In this document: positions 37,389 through 51,069 of the stretch, one piece after another
How the letters are laid out: each line of letters begins with the position of its first letter
Numbering within the stretch: position 1 is the first letter of the stretch
From: Lytechinus pictus
Lineage: Eukaryota
NCBI RefSeq assembly: GCF_037042905.1
Contig: NC_087250.1
Coordinates: 24,120,001 to 24,184,000, forward strand
Direction of reading: 5' to 3'
DNA length: 64,000 nt
Position numbers and translations under genes: made by a program
Notes under the pieces: generated by a model
Seen by the model: the letters and a program-made list of their open reading frames with translations, nothing else
Databases searched by the model: none
What the model was told of the DNA's origin: nothing

Positions 37389-39649
37389 AAATGCAGCTCC
37401 TCGGTAATTATGCCCCCGCAGACAAAGTCCGGAGGGGGCATTAAGCGTTGCCCCTGTCCGTTGATTCGCCCGCCCCCCCCACTTGGTTTCCGCGCAATAA
37501 ATCGAAATATATTTCGATTTATATATATTGATTAAAAAAATTTTGGTGTGTAGGTATGTGACACCATAGTACAGGCTAACTTTGAATTCGGAGTCTGCAG
37601 GTCCAAGGTCACAGCTCATGAAATATCCGAGTTGGTTTCCACATGATGACTTATGAAATATTCTACATATTTAAACGAATTTGAGTGTGTAGGTAGATGA
37701 CACCAAAATACAGGTTAAGTTCGAATTCGTAGTCGGCAGGTCAAAGGTCACGGCTCATTAAATATGCAATTTAGTTTCCACATGATTACTTTAAAAATAT
37801 TCTACATATTTAAACAAATTTGAGTGTGTAGGTAGATGATACCAATACAGGCTAAGTTCGAATTCGGAGTATGCAGGTCAAAGATCACAGCTCCTTAAAG
37901 ATATCTTATGAAATATGCAACAGATTTTTAAAAAATTTGGGTGTGTAGGTAGATGATGATGATGATGCACAGCATTTTTACAGCGGCGTAACAGGGTTCG
38001 GTGGCCAGGGGGGGGGGGGGGGCAAGAGCCAAAAATTTCCCGGTCATATCATGGTATGAAGAGGCGTAATGGTGTAATAAGGCGACTATTTTGAGAAATG
38101 CAGCTCCTTGGTAATTATGCCCCCGCAGACAAAGCCTGGAGGGGGCATTAAGCGTTGCCCCTGTCCGTTGATTCGCCCGCCCCCCCCACTTGGTTTCCGT
38201 GCAATAAATCGAAATATATTTTGATTTATATATATTGATTAAAAAAAATTTTGGTGTGTAGGTATGTGACACCATAGTACAGGCTAACTTTGAATTCGGA
38301 GTCTGCAGGTCCAAGGTCACAGCTCATGAAATATCCGACTTGGTTTCCACATGATGACTTATGAAATATTCTACATATTTAAACGAATTTGAGTGTGTAG
38401 GTAGATGACACCAAAATACAGGTTAAGTTCGAATTCGTAGTCGGCAGGTCAAAGGTCACGGCTCATTAAATATGCAATTTAGTTTCCACATGATTACTTT
38501 AAAAATATTCTACATATTTAAACAAATTTGAGTGTGTAGGTAGATGATACCAATACAGGCTAAGTTCGAATTCGGAGTATGCAGGTCAAAGATCACAGCT
38601 CCTTAAAGATATCTTATGAAATATGCAACAGATTTTAAAAAAATGTGGGTGTGTAGGTAGATGATGATGATGATGCACTGCATTTTTACAGCGGCGTAAC
38701 AGGGTTCGGTGGCCAGGGGGGGGGGGGGGGGGCAAGAGCCTAAAATTTCCCGGTCATATCATGGTATGAATAGGCGTAATGGTGTAATAAGGCGACTATT
38801 TTGAGAAATGCAGCTCCTTGGTAATTATGCCCCCGCAGACAAAGTCCGGAGGGGGCATTAAGCGTTGCCCCTGTCCGTTGATTCGCCCGCCCCCCCACTT
38901 GGTTTTCGCGCAATAAATCGAAATATATTTCGATTTATATATATTGATTAAAAAAAAAATTGGTGTGTAGGTACATGACACCATAGTACAGGCTAACTTT
39001 GAATTTGGAGTCTGCAGGTCCAAGGTCACAGCTCATGAAATATCCGAGTTGGTTTTCGCATGATGACTTATGAAATATTCAACAGATTTATAAAAATTAT
39101 GGTGTGTAGGTAGATGACACCAAATACAGGCTAAGTTCGGAGTCGGCAGGTCAAAGGTCACGGCTCATTAAATATGCAATTTAGTTTCCGCATGATTACT
39201 TATGAAATATTCTAAATATTTAAACGAATTTGAGTGTGTAGGTAGATGACACCAAAATACAGGTTAAGTTCGAATTCGTAGTCGGTAGGTCAAAGGTCAC
39301 GGCTCATTAAATATGCGATTTAGTTTCCGCATGATTACTTTAAAAATATTCTACATATCTAAACAAATTTGAGTGTGTAGGTAGATGATACCAATACAGG
39401 CTAAGTTCGAATTCGGAGTATGCAGGTCAAAGATCACAGCTCCTTAAAGATATCTTATGAAATATTCAACAGATTTTTAAAAAATTTGGGTGTGTAGGTA
39501 GATGATGATGTTGATGATGCACAGCATTTTTACAGCGGCGTAACAGGGTTCGGTGGCCAGGGGGGGGGGGAGGGCAAGAGCCAAAAATTTCCCGGTCATA
39601 TCATGGTATGAATAGGCGTAATGGTGTAGTAAGGCGACTATTTTGAGAA
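37389..39649 (+). repeat. Three tandem copies of a 707-844-bp unit with about 120-bp subrepeats; single copy in the right arm at about 56402-57244
   Basis: Unit start aaatgcagctcc at 37389, 38096 and 38806. Confidence 0.9.
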
Positions 39650-42599
39650 GGCCAGAACTTATCTTTAAAAAAAGTTGCGAGCGAGCGAAGCGAGCGAGCA
39701 ATTTTTTTTACCTTTTTAATACAAAAATCCAATTTTGTGATAGATTTTGACATGATATCCAGATAATAAATTTATTTAATTCTTCTCTCTTTAGATTCCT
39801 TTTTTGTCACGGTGGTCTGTACGCGCCACTGTGAAGAGGATTATTTGCGGCAGTAGCGTGAAGAGTAAAAAACAAAACAAAAAAACAACGAGGGGCGCAG
39901 TATAGAACATGTGCCAAAAGGCTGCTTTATATATATATATATATATATATAAGTCCTGAGCGAGCGAAGCGAGCGAGAAAAAAAATCAACTTTTCATGAG
40001 AATATAACTTTGAGCTATTTTTTAACATATTCAGTAATTAAAATCATATCCTACAATACTTTTCCAACAAAAAAGGAGGTAATTCCTCCTTTTTTTTTAA
40101 ATATTCCATTTTCAGTATCCAAATAGAGATGAAAATTATCCTATTTGGGAGGGTAACCATGGACCTGGGCCTTTACTGTGTATTTACAGTAAACTCTTAC
40201 TAAATGAACAAATATATAAAAAATTTGGTTTACCCTACATAATAATCCTGGGCTACTTTTAGATTGCATAGCCCGGGGGGGGGGGGAGGCTTTTTGGTCC
40301 CCCTCTTCAGATCTCCGTCGATCGCAACGAAAACCAATACACACGTCACCATCAATGTAATCTGCAAGCATGGAGCTAAGGGTGTATCGCTGATTTTACA
40401 GAATTTAAATTTATTTTTAATAAATTAATAATGCTAATTTATGCCTAAATATAGAATTCTCTGCTTTAAAGGTAAATCTCTAAATAATTCCCCAAATTCT
40501 ATGATTTCTAAACAAATGTGCTCCTGAAAAAAATGGTAAATCAAATTTCTAATCTTATGTATTTTATTGGTTTTATAATTCCATACGTATTTCTTAGTTT
40601 TGGGGCCTTATGTATTTTATTGGTTTTTTTCAATGGGATCACTTCGTGGTACTATTCCAATTATAAAAAGCAAAGATTTGATTATTTTCAACCAATCAGT
40701 GCAAGAATAATGATGCATTTGTCAATTATGACTGAAAACAGAATTTCCATTGGATTAAATATGTATACAAAATAAAATTTTTAGCAATTTTTGGTCCAAC
40801 ATAAGCTCATAAAATGTTGGGTAACTGCGTATCCGGGCGTCTCGAATTTGGTCTCAAAAGCTCTGCGAGAATTGAACGGGAAAAAAAATTGTGGTACCTC
40901 GTTTCTCATTGTGGACTTATCGTGAAAAATGTGGATAGGGGGGCTTATTAAGCCCCCCCCCCAGGGGCTAGATAGGGTTAATATATCATCATGAATATAC
41001 AAAAAAAATACATTTATTTTGTTGCAAGTCACTGGAAAAGGTTTGATTCCTAAATAAATATTATTCTTCATGTATTATCAAATATTTAATTGAAAAATTT
41101 TAAGCTATCTTTTCATTCGATGTATTAAGCGCTATATAAAAGCGGATTATTATTATTATTATTAGGTTTTATCATAATTTTACTTTTTGAAAATTATGCT
41201 ATTTTGTGACTAAGGCTACGTTTCATGTACTTTCCACCAATAGTATACGATATCAATGGATTCTAGTTAATCCTTTTGGGTAAGATTGGAACTAACTCTG
41301 TGTTTGGTAGATAAAGTTATATGACTAACTTGTCCAAGTGTTGAGAAACGGGCCCCTGCTGAGTACATGTAGGCCTAGAGTTTTTATGCCCCCACAGACG
41401 AAGCCCAGAGGGGGCATTAAGCATTGCCCCTGTCCGTCCCCCCCCCCCCACTTGGGTTTCCGCGCAATAACTCGAAAAATATTTAATGGATTTAAAAAAA
41501 ATTTTGGTGTGTAGGTAGATGACCACAAAATACAGGCTAAGTTCGAATTCGGAGTCCGCAGGTCAAAGGTCACATCTCATTATATATGCAAGTCGGTTCA
41601 AAGGTCTGAATTTGTTAATTATATATATATGCATATTGGTTTCTGTATGATATTAAGTTCAATCATATTGAATGGATTTCTGATCGCGTTAAGCAGGGGC
41701 ATCTGTGTCCTTTGGACACGTCAAATTTTCTTAATTATGTGTAATTGATTTTATGACATGTGTTTACATTTGCTGCAGATTCCCATTCAGCCGTTGGACT
41801 GAACCGGTACTGTAACACAGTATGGATGGTCAATATGAAGCGAGCTTCATTGAATTCTTCCAAGAGCTTTGTACTCCGTTTTGCTCATTTTGAAGATGGT
41901 AGCTTTGACAGGACTGGGCAAGTGACACGTCTTAGACAGGATGCTGTCCCAACCATATTTGATTTCCTGCCTCGTCTTCAGAAGGTAGAGTAGATCTATA
42001 TCATACATGTGTTCTAAAGAAATATTTTCTCTGTATTATCTACCTTTGGTTTGATAGAACATTGCTTTAAATATTCCATTTTCAGTAGCCAAATAGAGAT
42101 GAAAATTATCCTATTTGGGAGGCTAACCATGGACCTGGGCCTTTACTGTGTATTTACAGTAAACTCTTACTAAATGAACAAATATATTAAAAATTTGGTT
42201 TACCCTACATAATAATCCTGGGCTACTTTTAGATTGCATAGCCCGGGGGGGGGGGGGGGGGGGAGGCTTTTTGGTCCCCCTCTTCAGATCTCCGTCGATC
42301 GCAACGAAAACCAATACACACGTCACCATCAATGTAATCTGCAAGCATGGAGCTAAGGGTGTATCGCTGATTTTACAGAATTTAAATTTATTTTTAATAA
42401 ATTAATAATGCTAATTTATGCCTAAATATAGAATTCTCTGCTTTAAAGGTAAATCTCTAAATAATTCCCCAAATTCTATGATTTCTAAACAAATGTGCTC
42501 CTGAAAAAAATGGTAAATCAAATTTCTAATCTTATGTATTGGTTCTATAATTCCATACGTATTTCTTAGTTTTGGGGCCTTATGTATTTTATTGGTTTT

Positions 42600-43582
42600 T
42601 GTCTCGCCTGCATAGCAGAGCGAGACTATAGGCGCCGCTTTTCCGACGGCGGCGGCGGCGTCAACATCAAATCTTAACCTAAGGTTAAGTTTTTGAAATG
42701 ACATCATAACTTAGAAAGTGTATGGATCTAGTCCATGAAACTTGGACATAAGGTTAATCAAGTATTAGTGAACATCCTGCCTGAGTTTCAGGTCACATGA
42801 CCAAGGTCAAAGGTCATTTAGGGTCAATGAACTTTTGCCAAGTTGGGGGTATTTGTTGAATTACCATCATAACTTTGAAAATTTATGGATTTAGTTCATG
42901 AAACTTGGACATTAGGTTAATCAAGTACCACTGAATATCCTGTGCGAGTTTCAGGTCACATGACCATGGTGAATGGTCATTTAAGGTCAATGAACTTTGG
43001 CCGTGTTGGGGGTATATGTTAAATTACCATCCTAGCTCTGAAAGTTTATGGATCTAGTTCATAAAACTTGGACATAAGAGTAATCAAGTATCACTGAACA
43101 TCCTGTACGAGTTTCAGGTCACATGACCATGGTCAAAGGTCATTAAAGGTCAATGAACTTTGGCCGTGTTGGGGGTATTTGTTGAATTACCATCCTAACT
43201 ATGAAAGTTTATGGATCTAGTTCATAACACTTGGGATATAAGAGTAATCAAGCATCACTGAACATCCCCTGTGAGTTTCAGGTCACAAAACCAAGTCAAA
43301 GGTCAGTTAAGGTCAATAAACTTAGGCCATGTTGGGGTAATTGTTGAAGTGCCATCATAACTTTGAAAGTTTATGGATAGAGTGAATGAAATGTGGACAT
43401 GGGTGTAGTTGACAGTCTTAAGTCTCCGTTCAAATGTCATTTATGGTCAATGAACGTGGTATTATGTCATTATATGAATGATGTTTTTGTGAATGATTAT
43501 TTTATAGTAGTTTTCAAAGTTAGCACTGCTGCTATATTAAATTGCGTAATGCAGGCGAGACTGCCAGAGGCGTTCCACTTGT
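42600..43582 (+). mobile_element. Helentron/Helitron2-like element, same family as 5535-6171, left arm only
   Basis: TGTCTCGCCTGC...GCAGGCGAGAC...CACTTGT inserted in a T-run with no TSD; empty site tggtttttttcaatg at 40621; about 5 internal 128-bp repeats. Confidence 0.75.
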
Positions 43583-46500
43583 TTTTCAATGAGATCACTT
43601 CGTGGTACTATTCCAATTATAAAAAGCAAAGATTTTATTATTTTCAACCAATCAGTGCAAGAATAATGATGCCTCTGTCAATTATGACTGAAAATAGAAT
43701 TTCCATTGGATTAAATATGTATACAAAATAATATTTTTGAGCAGATATTATGGTATTGTAGATAATGCCATGGGTAACGCGCGTGCCAATTTTCGTCGCG
43801 ATTGCGAGATCAACGGCCGAGATCATAAGGGGGGCTGAATCAGCCCCCCCCCCCGTCTTCTTAGGCGTCGAAATAGCCCAGTCTATTTAGGGTTAAAGAT
43901 AAATCCCTAAATAATTCCCCAAATTCTATGATTTCTAAACAAATGTGCTCCTGAAGAAATGGTAAATCAAATTTCTACTTTTATGTATTTTATTGGTTCT
44001 ATAATTCCATACGTATTTCTTTGTTTTGGGGCCTTATGTATTTTATAGTTTTTTTTCAATGGGATCACTTCGTGGCACTATTCCAATTACAAAAAGCAAG
44101 ATTTGATTATTTCCAACCAATTAGTGCAAGAATAATGATGCATTTGTCAATTATGACTGAAAATAGAATTTCCATTGGATTAAATATGTATACAAAATAA
44201 TATTTTTGAGCAATTTTCGGTCCAACATGAACTCATAAAATGTTGCGTAACTGCGTATCTGGGCGTCTCGAATTTTGTCTAAAAGCTCTGCGAGAATTGA
44301 ACGAAAAAAAAAATTGTGGTACCTCGTTTCTCATTGTGGACTTATCGTGAAAAATGTGGATGGGGGGGGGGGGGGCTTATTAAGCTTATTAAGCCCCCCC
44401 CCCCGGGGCTAGATAGGGTTAATATATCATCATGAATATTAAAAAAAAAACATTTATTTTGTTGCAAGTCAATGGAAAAGGTTTGATTCCTAAATAAATA
44501 TTATTCTTCATGTATTATCGAATATTTAATTGAAAAATTTAAAGCTATCTTTTCATTCTTCTATCTGTTTTTGTTCAATATTTCTTATATGTTTCTTTTT
44601 TTTAATTCATTCATCTCGTACAGAGTTCATCCAAGCCAAGGAATTCCCCGAAAGAAAGACGTTTTGATTCAGCAAACAACCTCCCAGATACTGCAAAGTC
44701 TTCAGCACCTTCATTTCTCGAGGACCACTCCTACTCAATATCAGAAAGTCCAAGAGGGGTAAAGTGGAAGATAACAGCAATAATGGACTATTAAAAACTT
44801 GGAGAAGAGGCTGAAACCACACAGCAGAAGTCCCGCCGTGTACATTACTTGCTCTTAAGTTTGGACAAACATGACTCGCAAAACTTTACAACAAATAATT
44901 TACGCTATGTGCATTCTGATTATTTAAAATAGCTCAATGAAAAAGTTTACCACTGGGCATGTAACAAAAGTGCATTCATTAAATTTGAACGTGTTGCAAA
45001 AATGATGTCTTACAGTATATTCATTCTGACTTAGAATGTCAGAAGAGAAAAAAGTTTGTGAAAAGTAGGAATGACAGCAAGCTGACAGAAGAATAGAACA
45101 GGATAGAACAAGGCGATAGTTATGAATGAGCTGTTGGATAGAGACAAAAAGATGAATTAAGAATGGGGGTGATAGAGAAAGAGAGACGGGTGTTGGGGGA
45201 GCCTGTGATCAATGCCTGAGAAAGCGAAGATTACCATAATTTTTTTAAGGATTTGAACAGTCAGGAAAAATCTGGGTTTTTTTTTCTGTTGGTATTTCTC
45301 AAAATACTTGTATGTTTTATGTAACGAAACGGGTATAATCCTTCGGAAGTTTCACTCACACAGAAAATATTAACTAAACAAAAGAAAAAAAGCCAAATAA
45401 TTCACTGATTTTCAATTGTTCAGTAACTCTCATATCCAAAGTGCCCCCCCCATCATTTCAATGTATTGGAGAGAGAGTATGAACGGGACATGGCTGTCTG
45501 CAGAAAAAAAAAATACGGGGGGGGGGCAAAAATTTTTGGGGATATGTGCAAGGGAGCGAAGCGACAGCAGAAAATTATTTTGCAATATATGCGAGAGAGC
45601 GAAATGACAGAGAAGAAAAATGCAAGAGACAAGAGATTTGGGGAATATGTGAGAGGGAGCGAAGTGACCAAGCAGAAGAAATGTAGAGGACATAAAATTG
45701 TTGGGGTATGTGAGGGAGCAAAGCAACCGATAAAAAAAGCAGGTCAAAATATTTTTTGTGAATGATTATTTTATAGTAGTTTTCAAAGTTAGCACTGCTG
45801 CTATATTAAATTGCGTAATGCAGGCGAGACTGCCAGAGGCGTTCCACTTGTTTTTCAATGAGATCACTTCGTGGTACTATTCCAATTATAAAAAGCAAAG
45901 ATTTGATTATTTTCAACCAATCAGTGCAAGAATAATGATGCCTCTGTCAATTATGACTGAAAATAGAATTTCCATTGGATTAAATATGTATACAAAATAA
46001 TATTTTGGAGCAGATTTTGATATTATGGTATTGTAGATAATGCCATGGGTAACGCGCGTGCCAATTTTCGTCTCGATTGCGAGATCAACGGCCGAGATCA
46101 TAAGGGGGGCTGAATCAGCCCCCCCCCCCCCGAAATGAGCGAAATGACAGAGAAGAAAAATGCAAGGGACAAGAGATTTGGGGAATATGTGAAAGGGAGC
46201 GAAGTGACCAAGCAGAAGAAATGTAGAGGACATAAAATTGTTGGGGTATGTGAGGGAGCAAAGCAACCGATAAAAAAAGCAGGTCAAAATATTTTCGAAT
46301 ATGTGTGAGGAAGCGACTCGTTCACTCTTGAGCAGTAGGGACTTGTTTAAAAATAGCTTAAGAAATATGCGTTTTCTAAGCATGGTAAACACATATTGTA
46401 GGCCTACGGTAGAATTTAGGTGCTCTAAGAGTTAGATTCTGAATGAGCTGCATTTGCTGGTAAGACATGCGCAGAGGATCTTTGTCTTTCATCCATTTTC

Positions 46501-47080
46501 CACACTTTTCTTTTGATTTCAGTTTCCAGGCAGAAAGGCCCACCCTCCTGTGGAAGCCAATGGGGCAGGGGATTATATGCTTAAAATGCCAATTTTTCTG
46601 GTTGGAATATCAAACATTATCCTGAGCTTCGCGCTCATTTTAAAAATTATGTATAAACTATTAATGCTGATAAATACATTTAGATGTGCAGTGCTCTCTT
46701 GTAAAGCAGTTTTGTACTGAAGAGGCTACCCTGGGTAAATAAAACAGAATAAATGAATAAAGAAATAAATAAAAATGATGTTTCTAATCTCAGACTTTCT
46801 TATGCCCCTCGAAAGCTCACCCCTTCTTTGTTTCTCTTTTGATATCTAAAGTTCCGGTTTTTCCCTTTCTATCGTGCACTATTCTAAGCCCCAGCCCCAC
46901 TGGCTTCCACAGGAAGGGGGGGGGGGGGGGCTTCCCCTGAAAACTGAAATCCAACAAAAGAAATTTGAAAAATAAAAATGGATAAGAGACACAGATCCTT
47001 GCCGCATGTCTTACCAGCCAATACAGTTCATTCAGAATTTGACTCGTAAAACACCTAAATTCTACCGTAGGCCTATAATA

Positions 47081-48491
47081 GGTTTATTGCCATTTCGTCT
47101 ACTGCCATTTTGTCCACTCACCAAATGGTATGTCATTTCATCTACCATCAGTTGTTCCTTTTCCACATCTTCCAATTACCATTTTGTCCAATAGCTAGTT
47201 CGTCTAATAACCAATTTGTCTACTTTCATTTGGTCTAATTGTATTTTTGGCCAATTTGTCCAATAGCCACTTTGTCCATTTTCATTATGTCTATTACCAT
47301 TTAGTCCAATAGCCAATTGGTCTAAGGGCAAATGGCCACTGACCACTTAGTCTACTTACATTTTGTCTATGTTCCATTTTGTCCAACTGCAGTTGATCCA
47401 CTGTCACTTAGTCTAAACCCATTTCATCTAACAATCATTTGGTCTAATCATCAATGGGTCCAATTGCCATCCCGGTCAATATTCGTTTCGTCTACAATCA
47501 AATAGGAATAGTCTCCTACTAGCAGTCCTTCTAGTTTGGTGCCTGTGTATTGCTACCTCGACTCCTGTTGCTCTTGTGATTTGTTATTAATTTACACCTG
47601 TCGTTTGATTAATCTTTTATTAGTGTTTTTTTAAGCTCCATTGTAATACATTTTATGTTTTTATGTAATGTTCTCCCCATCCTTTCCCACTTTTCTCTCT
47701 TTTTAATTTTTTTTGTACCGTCCAAGGCTGTTATCGTTATTATTATAGTACATTTCTTGTTTATTAGTACTATCATTAATTACTATTATTACAATTATTA
47801 TCATTGTTATATGATGAGTGATGATTATCATTTTTAGGTGTGCATTTGTAAAAAAAAAGAAATGAGGGTAAATTCCAAATCAAAGGACCCTATTTCAATT
47901 TTATCAATTTTAACCACTCCAATTCCCCCTTTTGTGTGCGTGATGTGGTAGAGAGAGCGGGGGGGGGGGGGGGGGGGGTAGGAGGCTGCATGCTGTACCG
48001 CATCATTCCATTCCTGATAGCAGGCCTAGTTATATATTTTTTTATCTTCATGAATTTCAAGGTATATTTAAGAAGTCATTTCGTCCCCCCCCGGATGATG
48101 CATTATATTTGTATTAGACAACATGGCTATTGGACCAATTGGCTATTAGACTAAATGACTATTGGACGATTTGAGAATTGGACGAACTGGGCGATTTGGT
48201 TGTTAGACAAACTGATTATTGGACCTAATGGGTGGTGGACGAAATGATAGACGAAATGACAATTATCCGGTAGATAATTTGGATATTGGACCAACTGATA
48301 TTAGCCAACATGGCTTGGACTAAATGAACATTGGACGAACTGATTAATGGAGATGGCATTAGCCTTAATAGAATTAGACTAAATGGGTGGTAAACGAAAT
48401 TGCTATTGGACGAAATGGCATTTATAGACAAAATGAAGGTAGACCATGTGGTGAGTGGACTGTATGGCAGTAGACGAATTGGCAATTTACC
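47081..48491. mobile_element. About 1.4-kb long-TIR element (MULE/foldback-like) near the palindrome centre; terminus fragment also at about 22585-22617
   Basis: GGTTTATTGCCATTTCGTCTACTGCCAT / ATGGCAGTAGACGAATTGGCAATTTACC; arrays of short ttggtctaat-like repeats in mirror orientation; degenerate flanks ctataata/ttaaaata. Confidence 0.7.
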
Positions 48492-49758
48492 TTAAAATAT
48501 GGGTTTACCATTCTTAGAAAACGCATGTTTCCTAAAACAAGTCCCTACCGCTCGGGAGTGAATGTGTCGCTCCCTCGCACATATTCCAAAATATTTTGAC
48601 TGACCCTGGGTAAATAAAATAAACAATTACAAAAACGAAAATGTTGTTTTTAATCTGAGACTTTTTAATGCCCCTCGAAAGTTCACCTGCTTTCTCACTC
48701 TCCCCCTCTCTATCTTTGTTTTTATTCATTTTCATTTTACAATTCTTTCTTTCTCTTTTGATATCTATAAAGTTCAGATTCACCCTCTCTAACTTGCACT
48801 ATTCCAAGCCCCCGCCCCATTGGTATCCACAGGAATGGGGGGAGGAGGGGCTTACCCCCTGGAAAATAAATTCAAACAAAAGAAAAATGTGAAAATAAAA
48901 ATGGATAAAGACAAATAATCCTCTGCGCATGTCTAACCAGCCAATACAGTTCATTCAGAATTTAACTCTTACAACACCTAAATTCTACCATATTATCAGT
49001 TTACCATGATTATAGAAAACGCATATTTCCTATGCCATTTTTAAACAAGTCCCTATCGCTCGGGAGTGAACGTGTCGCGCACCAGCACAAATTCGAAAAA
49101 TATTTTGATTGACCTGCTTTCTGGTTTTTTTTATCGGATGCTTTGCTCCCTCACACATACCACAATTTTTGTCCCTCTTTCCTTTTACTTCTGCTTGGTC
49201 ACTTTGCTCCCTCTCACATATTCTCGAAATATTTTGGCCCCTGCATTTGTTCTTCTCGTCACTTTGCTCTCTCACATATATCCCCAGAATAATTTTTCTG
49301 CTCGGTCGCTTCGCTCCCTTGAACATATCCTAAAAATGTTTTGCTCCCCCTGCATTTTTTTCTGCAGACAGCCAATCCATTTCTCATCCAACCTCTCTCT
49401 CTCTCCAATACCTTGAAATGAGGGGGGGGGGGGGTACTTTTGATATGAGAGTGTCTGAACAGTTGAAAATAAGTAAAATATAATTTGGCTTTTTTGTTTG
49501 TTTAGTTAATATTTTCTGAATGAGTGTATCTTACAAAAGAATTATACCCATTTCATTACATACAACATACACATATTTTGAGAAATACCAACAGAAAAAA
49601 CATGTACTATTCATTACTGTCCAAATCCTCAAAAAAAAATTATGGTAATGTTCGCTTTCTCAGGCATTCATCAAAGGCTCCCCCACACCTGTCTCTCTTT
49701 CTCTATCACCCTCAATCTCAATTCATCTTTTTGTCTCTATCCAACAGCTCATTAGTAA

Positions 49759-50358
49759 AGGTCAAGTTTACCCAAGAAAATTGTTGGTTCAGTTAAATTG
49801 AGAAAAATCAAACTAGCATAACGCTGAAAATTTCATCAAAATGGGATGTAAACTAAGAAAGTTATGGCATTTTAAATTTTCACTTATTTTTCACAAAACA
49901 AAAATATTTACAACTCAGTGACATGCAAATGAGACAGTCGATAATGTCCCTCACTCACTGTTTATTTTGTTTTTTATTGTTTGAATTATACAATATTTCA
50001 TTTTTTACAGATTTTACCATAAGGACAAACTTTACTGAACCAAAAAAGTATTGAATAATGCTAATTCCACATGATCAGGGAGGAATAAAATTTTGTTTAA
50101 CATGACAAGGAGAAAATTAGAATATACCTTATTCTATATATCAAATGAAATAGTGAGTGGATGACGTCATCAGTCTCCTCATTTGCATACTGACTGTGTA
50201 CAGAATGTGCATATAACTCTTTTGTAAAATTTAGCAAAATTTTTAAATGTCATAACTTTCTTATTTTACATCCGATTTTTTATCAAATTTTCAGTGTTAT
50301 GCTTGTTGGATTTTTCTCTTTTTATTCATATCAACAATTTTTGGGGTGGACTTGTCCT
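49759..50358. mobile_element. Kolobok-like MITE, same family as 10247-10852, right arm only
   Basis: AGGTCAAGTTTACCC...GGGGTGGACTTGTCCT termini; absent at the mirror site near 45120. Confidence 0.7.
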
Positions 50359-51069
50359 TTATCTGTCCCCCTTGCTCTATCCTGTTCTATTCTTCTGTCA
50401 TCTTGCCGTCATTCCTACTTTTCACAAACTTTTTTCTCTTCTGACATTCTAAGTCAGAATGAATATACTGTAAGACATCATTTTTGCAACACGTTCAAAT
50501 TTAATGAATTCACTTTTGTTACATGCCCACTGATAAACTATTTCATTGAGCTATTTTAAATAATCAGAATGCACATTGGGGTAATTATTTGTTGTAAAGT
50601 TTTGCAAGTTATGTTTGTCCAAACTTAAGAGCAAGTAATGTACACGGCGGGACTTCTCGTGTGTGGTTTTCAGCCTCTTCTCCAAGTTCTTAATACAGTC
50701 CATTATTGCTGTTATCTTCCACTTTACCTCTCTTGGACTTTGTGATATTGAGTAGGAGTGGTCCTCGAGAAATGAAGGTGCTGAAGACTTTGCAGTATCT
50801 GGGAGGTTGTTTGCTGAATCAAAACGTCTTTCTTTCGGGGAATTCCTTGGCTTGGGTGAATTCTGTACGAGATGAATGAATTAAAAAAAAGAAACATATA
50901 AGAAATATTGAACAAAAACAGATAGAAGAATGAAAAGATAGCTTTAAATTTTTCAATTAAATATTTGATAATACATGAAGAATAATATTTATTTAGGAAT
51001 CAAAACCTTTTCCAGTGACTTGCAACAAAATAAATGTTTTTTTTTTTAATATTCATGATGATATATTAA

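Larger units (their letters stand above)
36411..44838 (+). pseudogene. Decayed three-exon THAP-domain gene, P-element/THAP9-transposase-like N-terminus (left arm)
   Basis: Exon 36411-36471 MPT*AAYNCSNR..TLH|gtaagt. Exon 41779-41984 FP...WMVNMKR...VLRFAHFEDGSFDRTGQVTRLRQDAVPTIF...LQK. Exon from 44624 SSSKPR...EDHSYSISESPRGVKWKI. Stops and frameshifts present. Confidence 0.8.

Noticed and set aside
44571..44822. ORF-track peptides 44571-44762(+), 44607-44822(-) and mirror 50724-50915(-)
   Set aside because: Wrong frames; the meaningful frame starts at the splice acceptor (44624 / 50862) and encodes the DHSY and coiled-coil segment.
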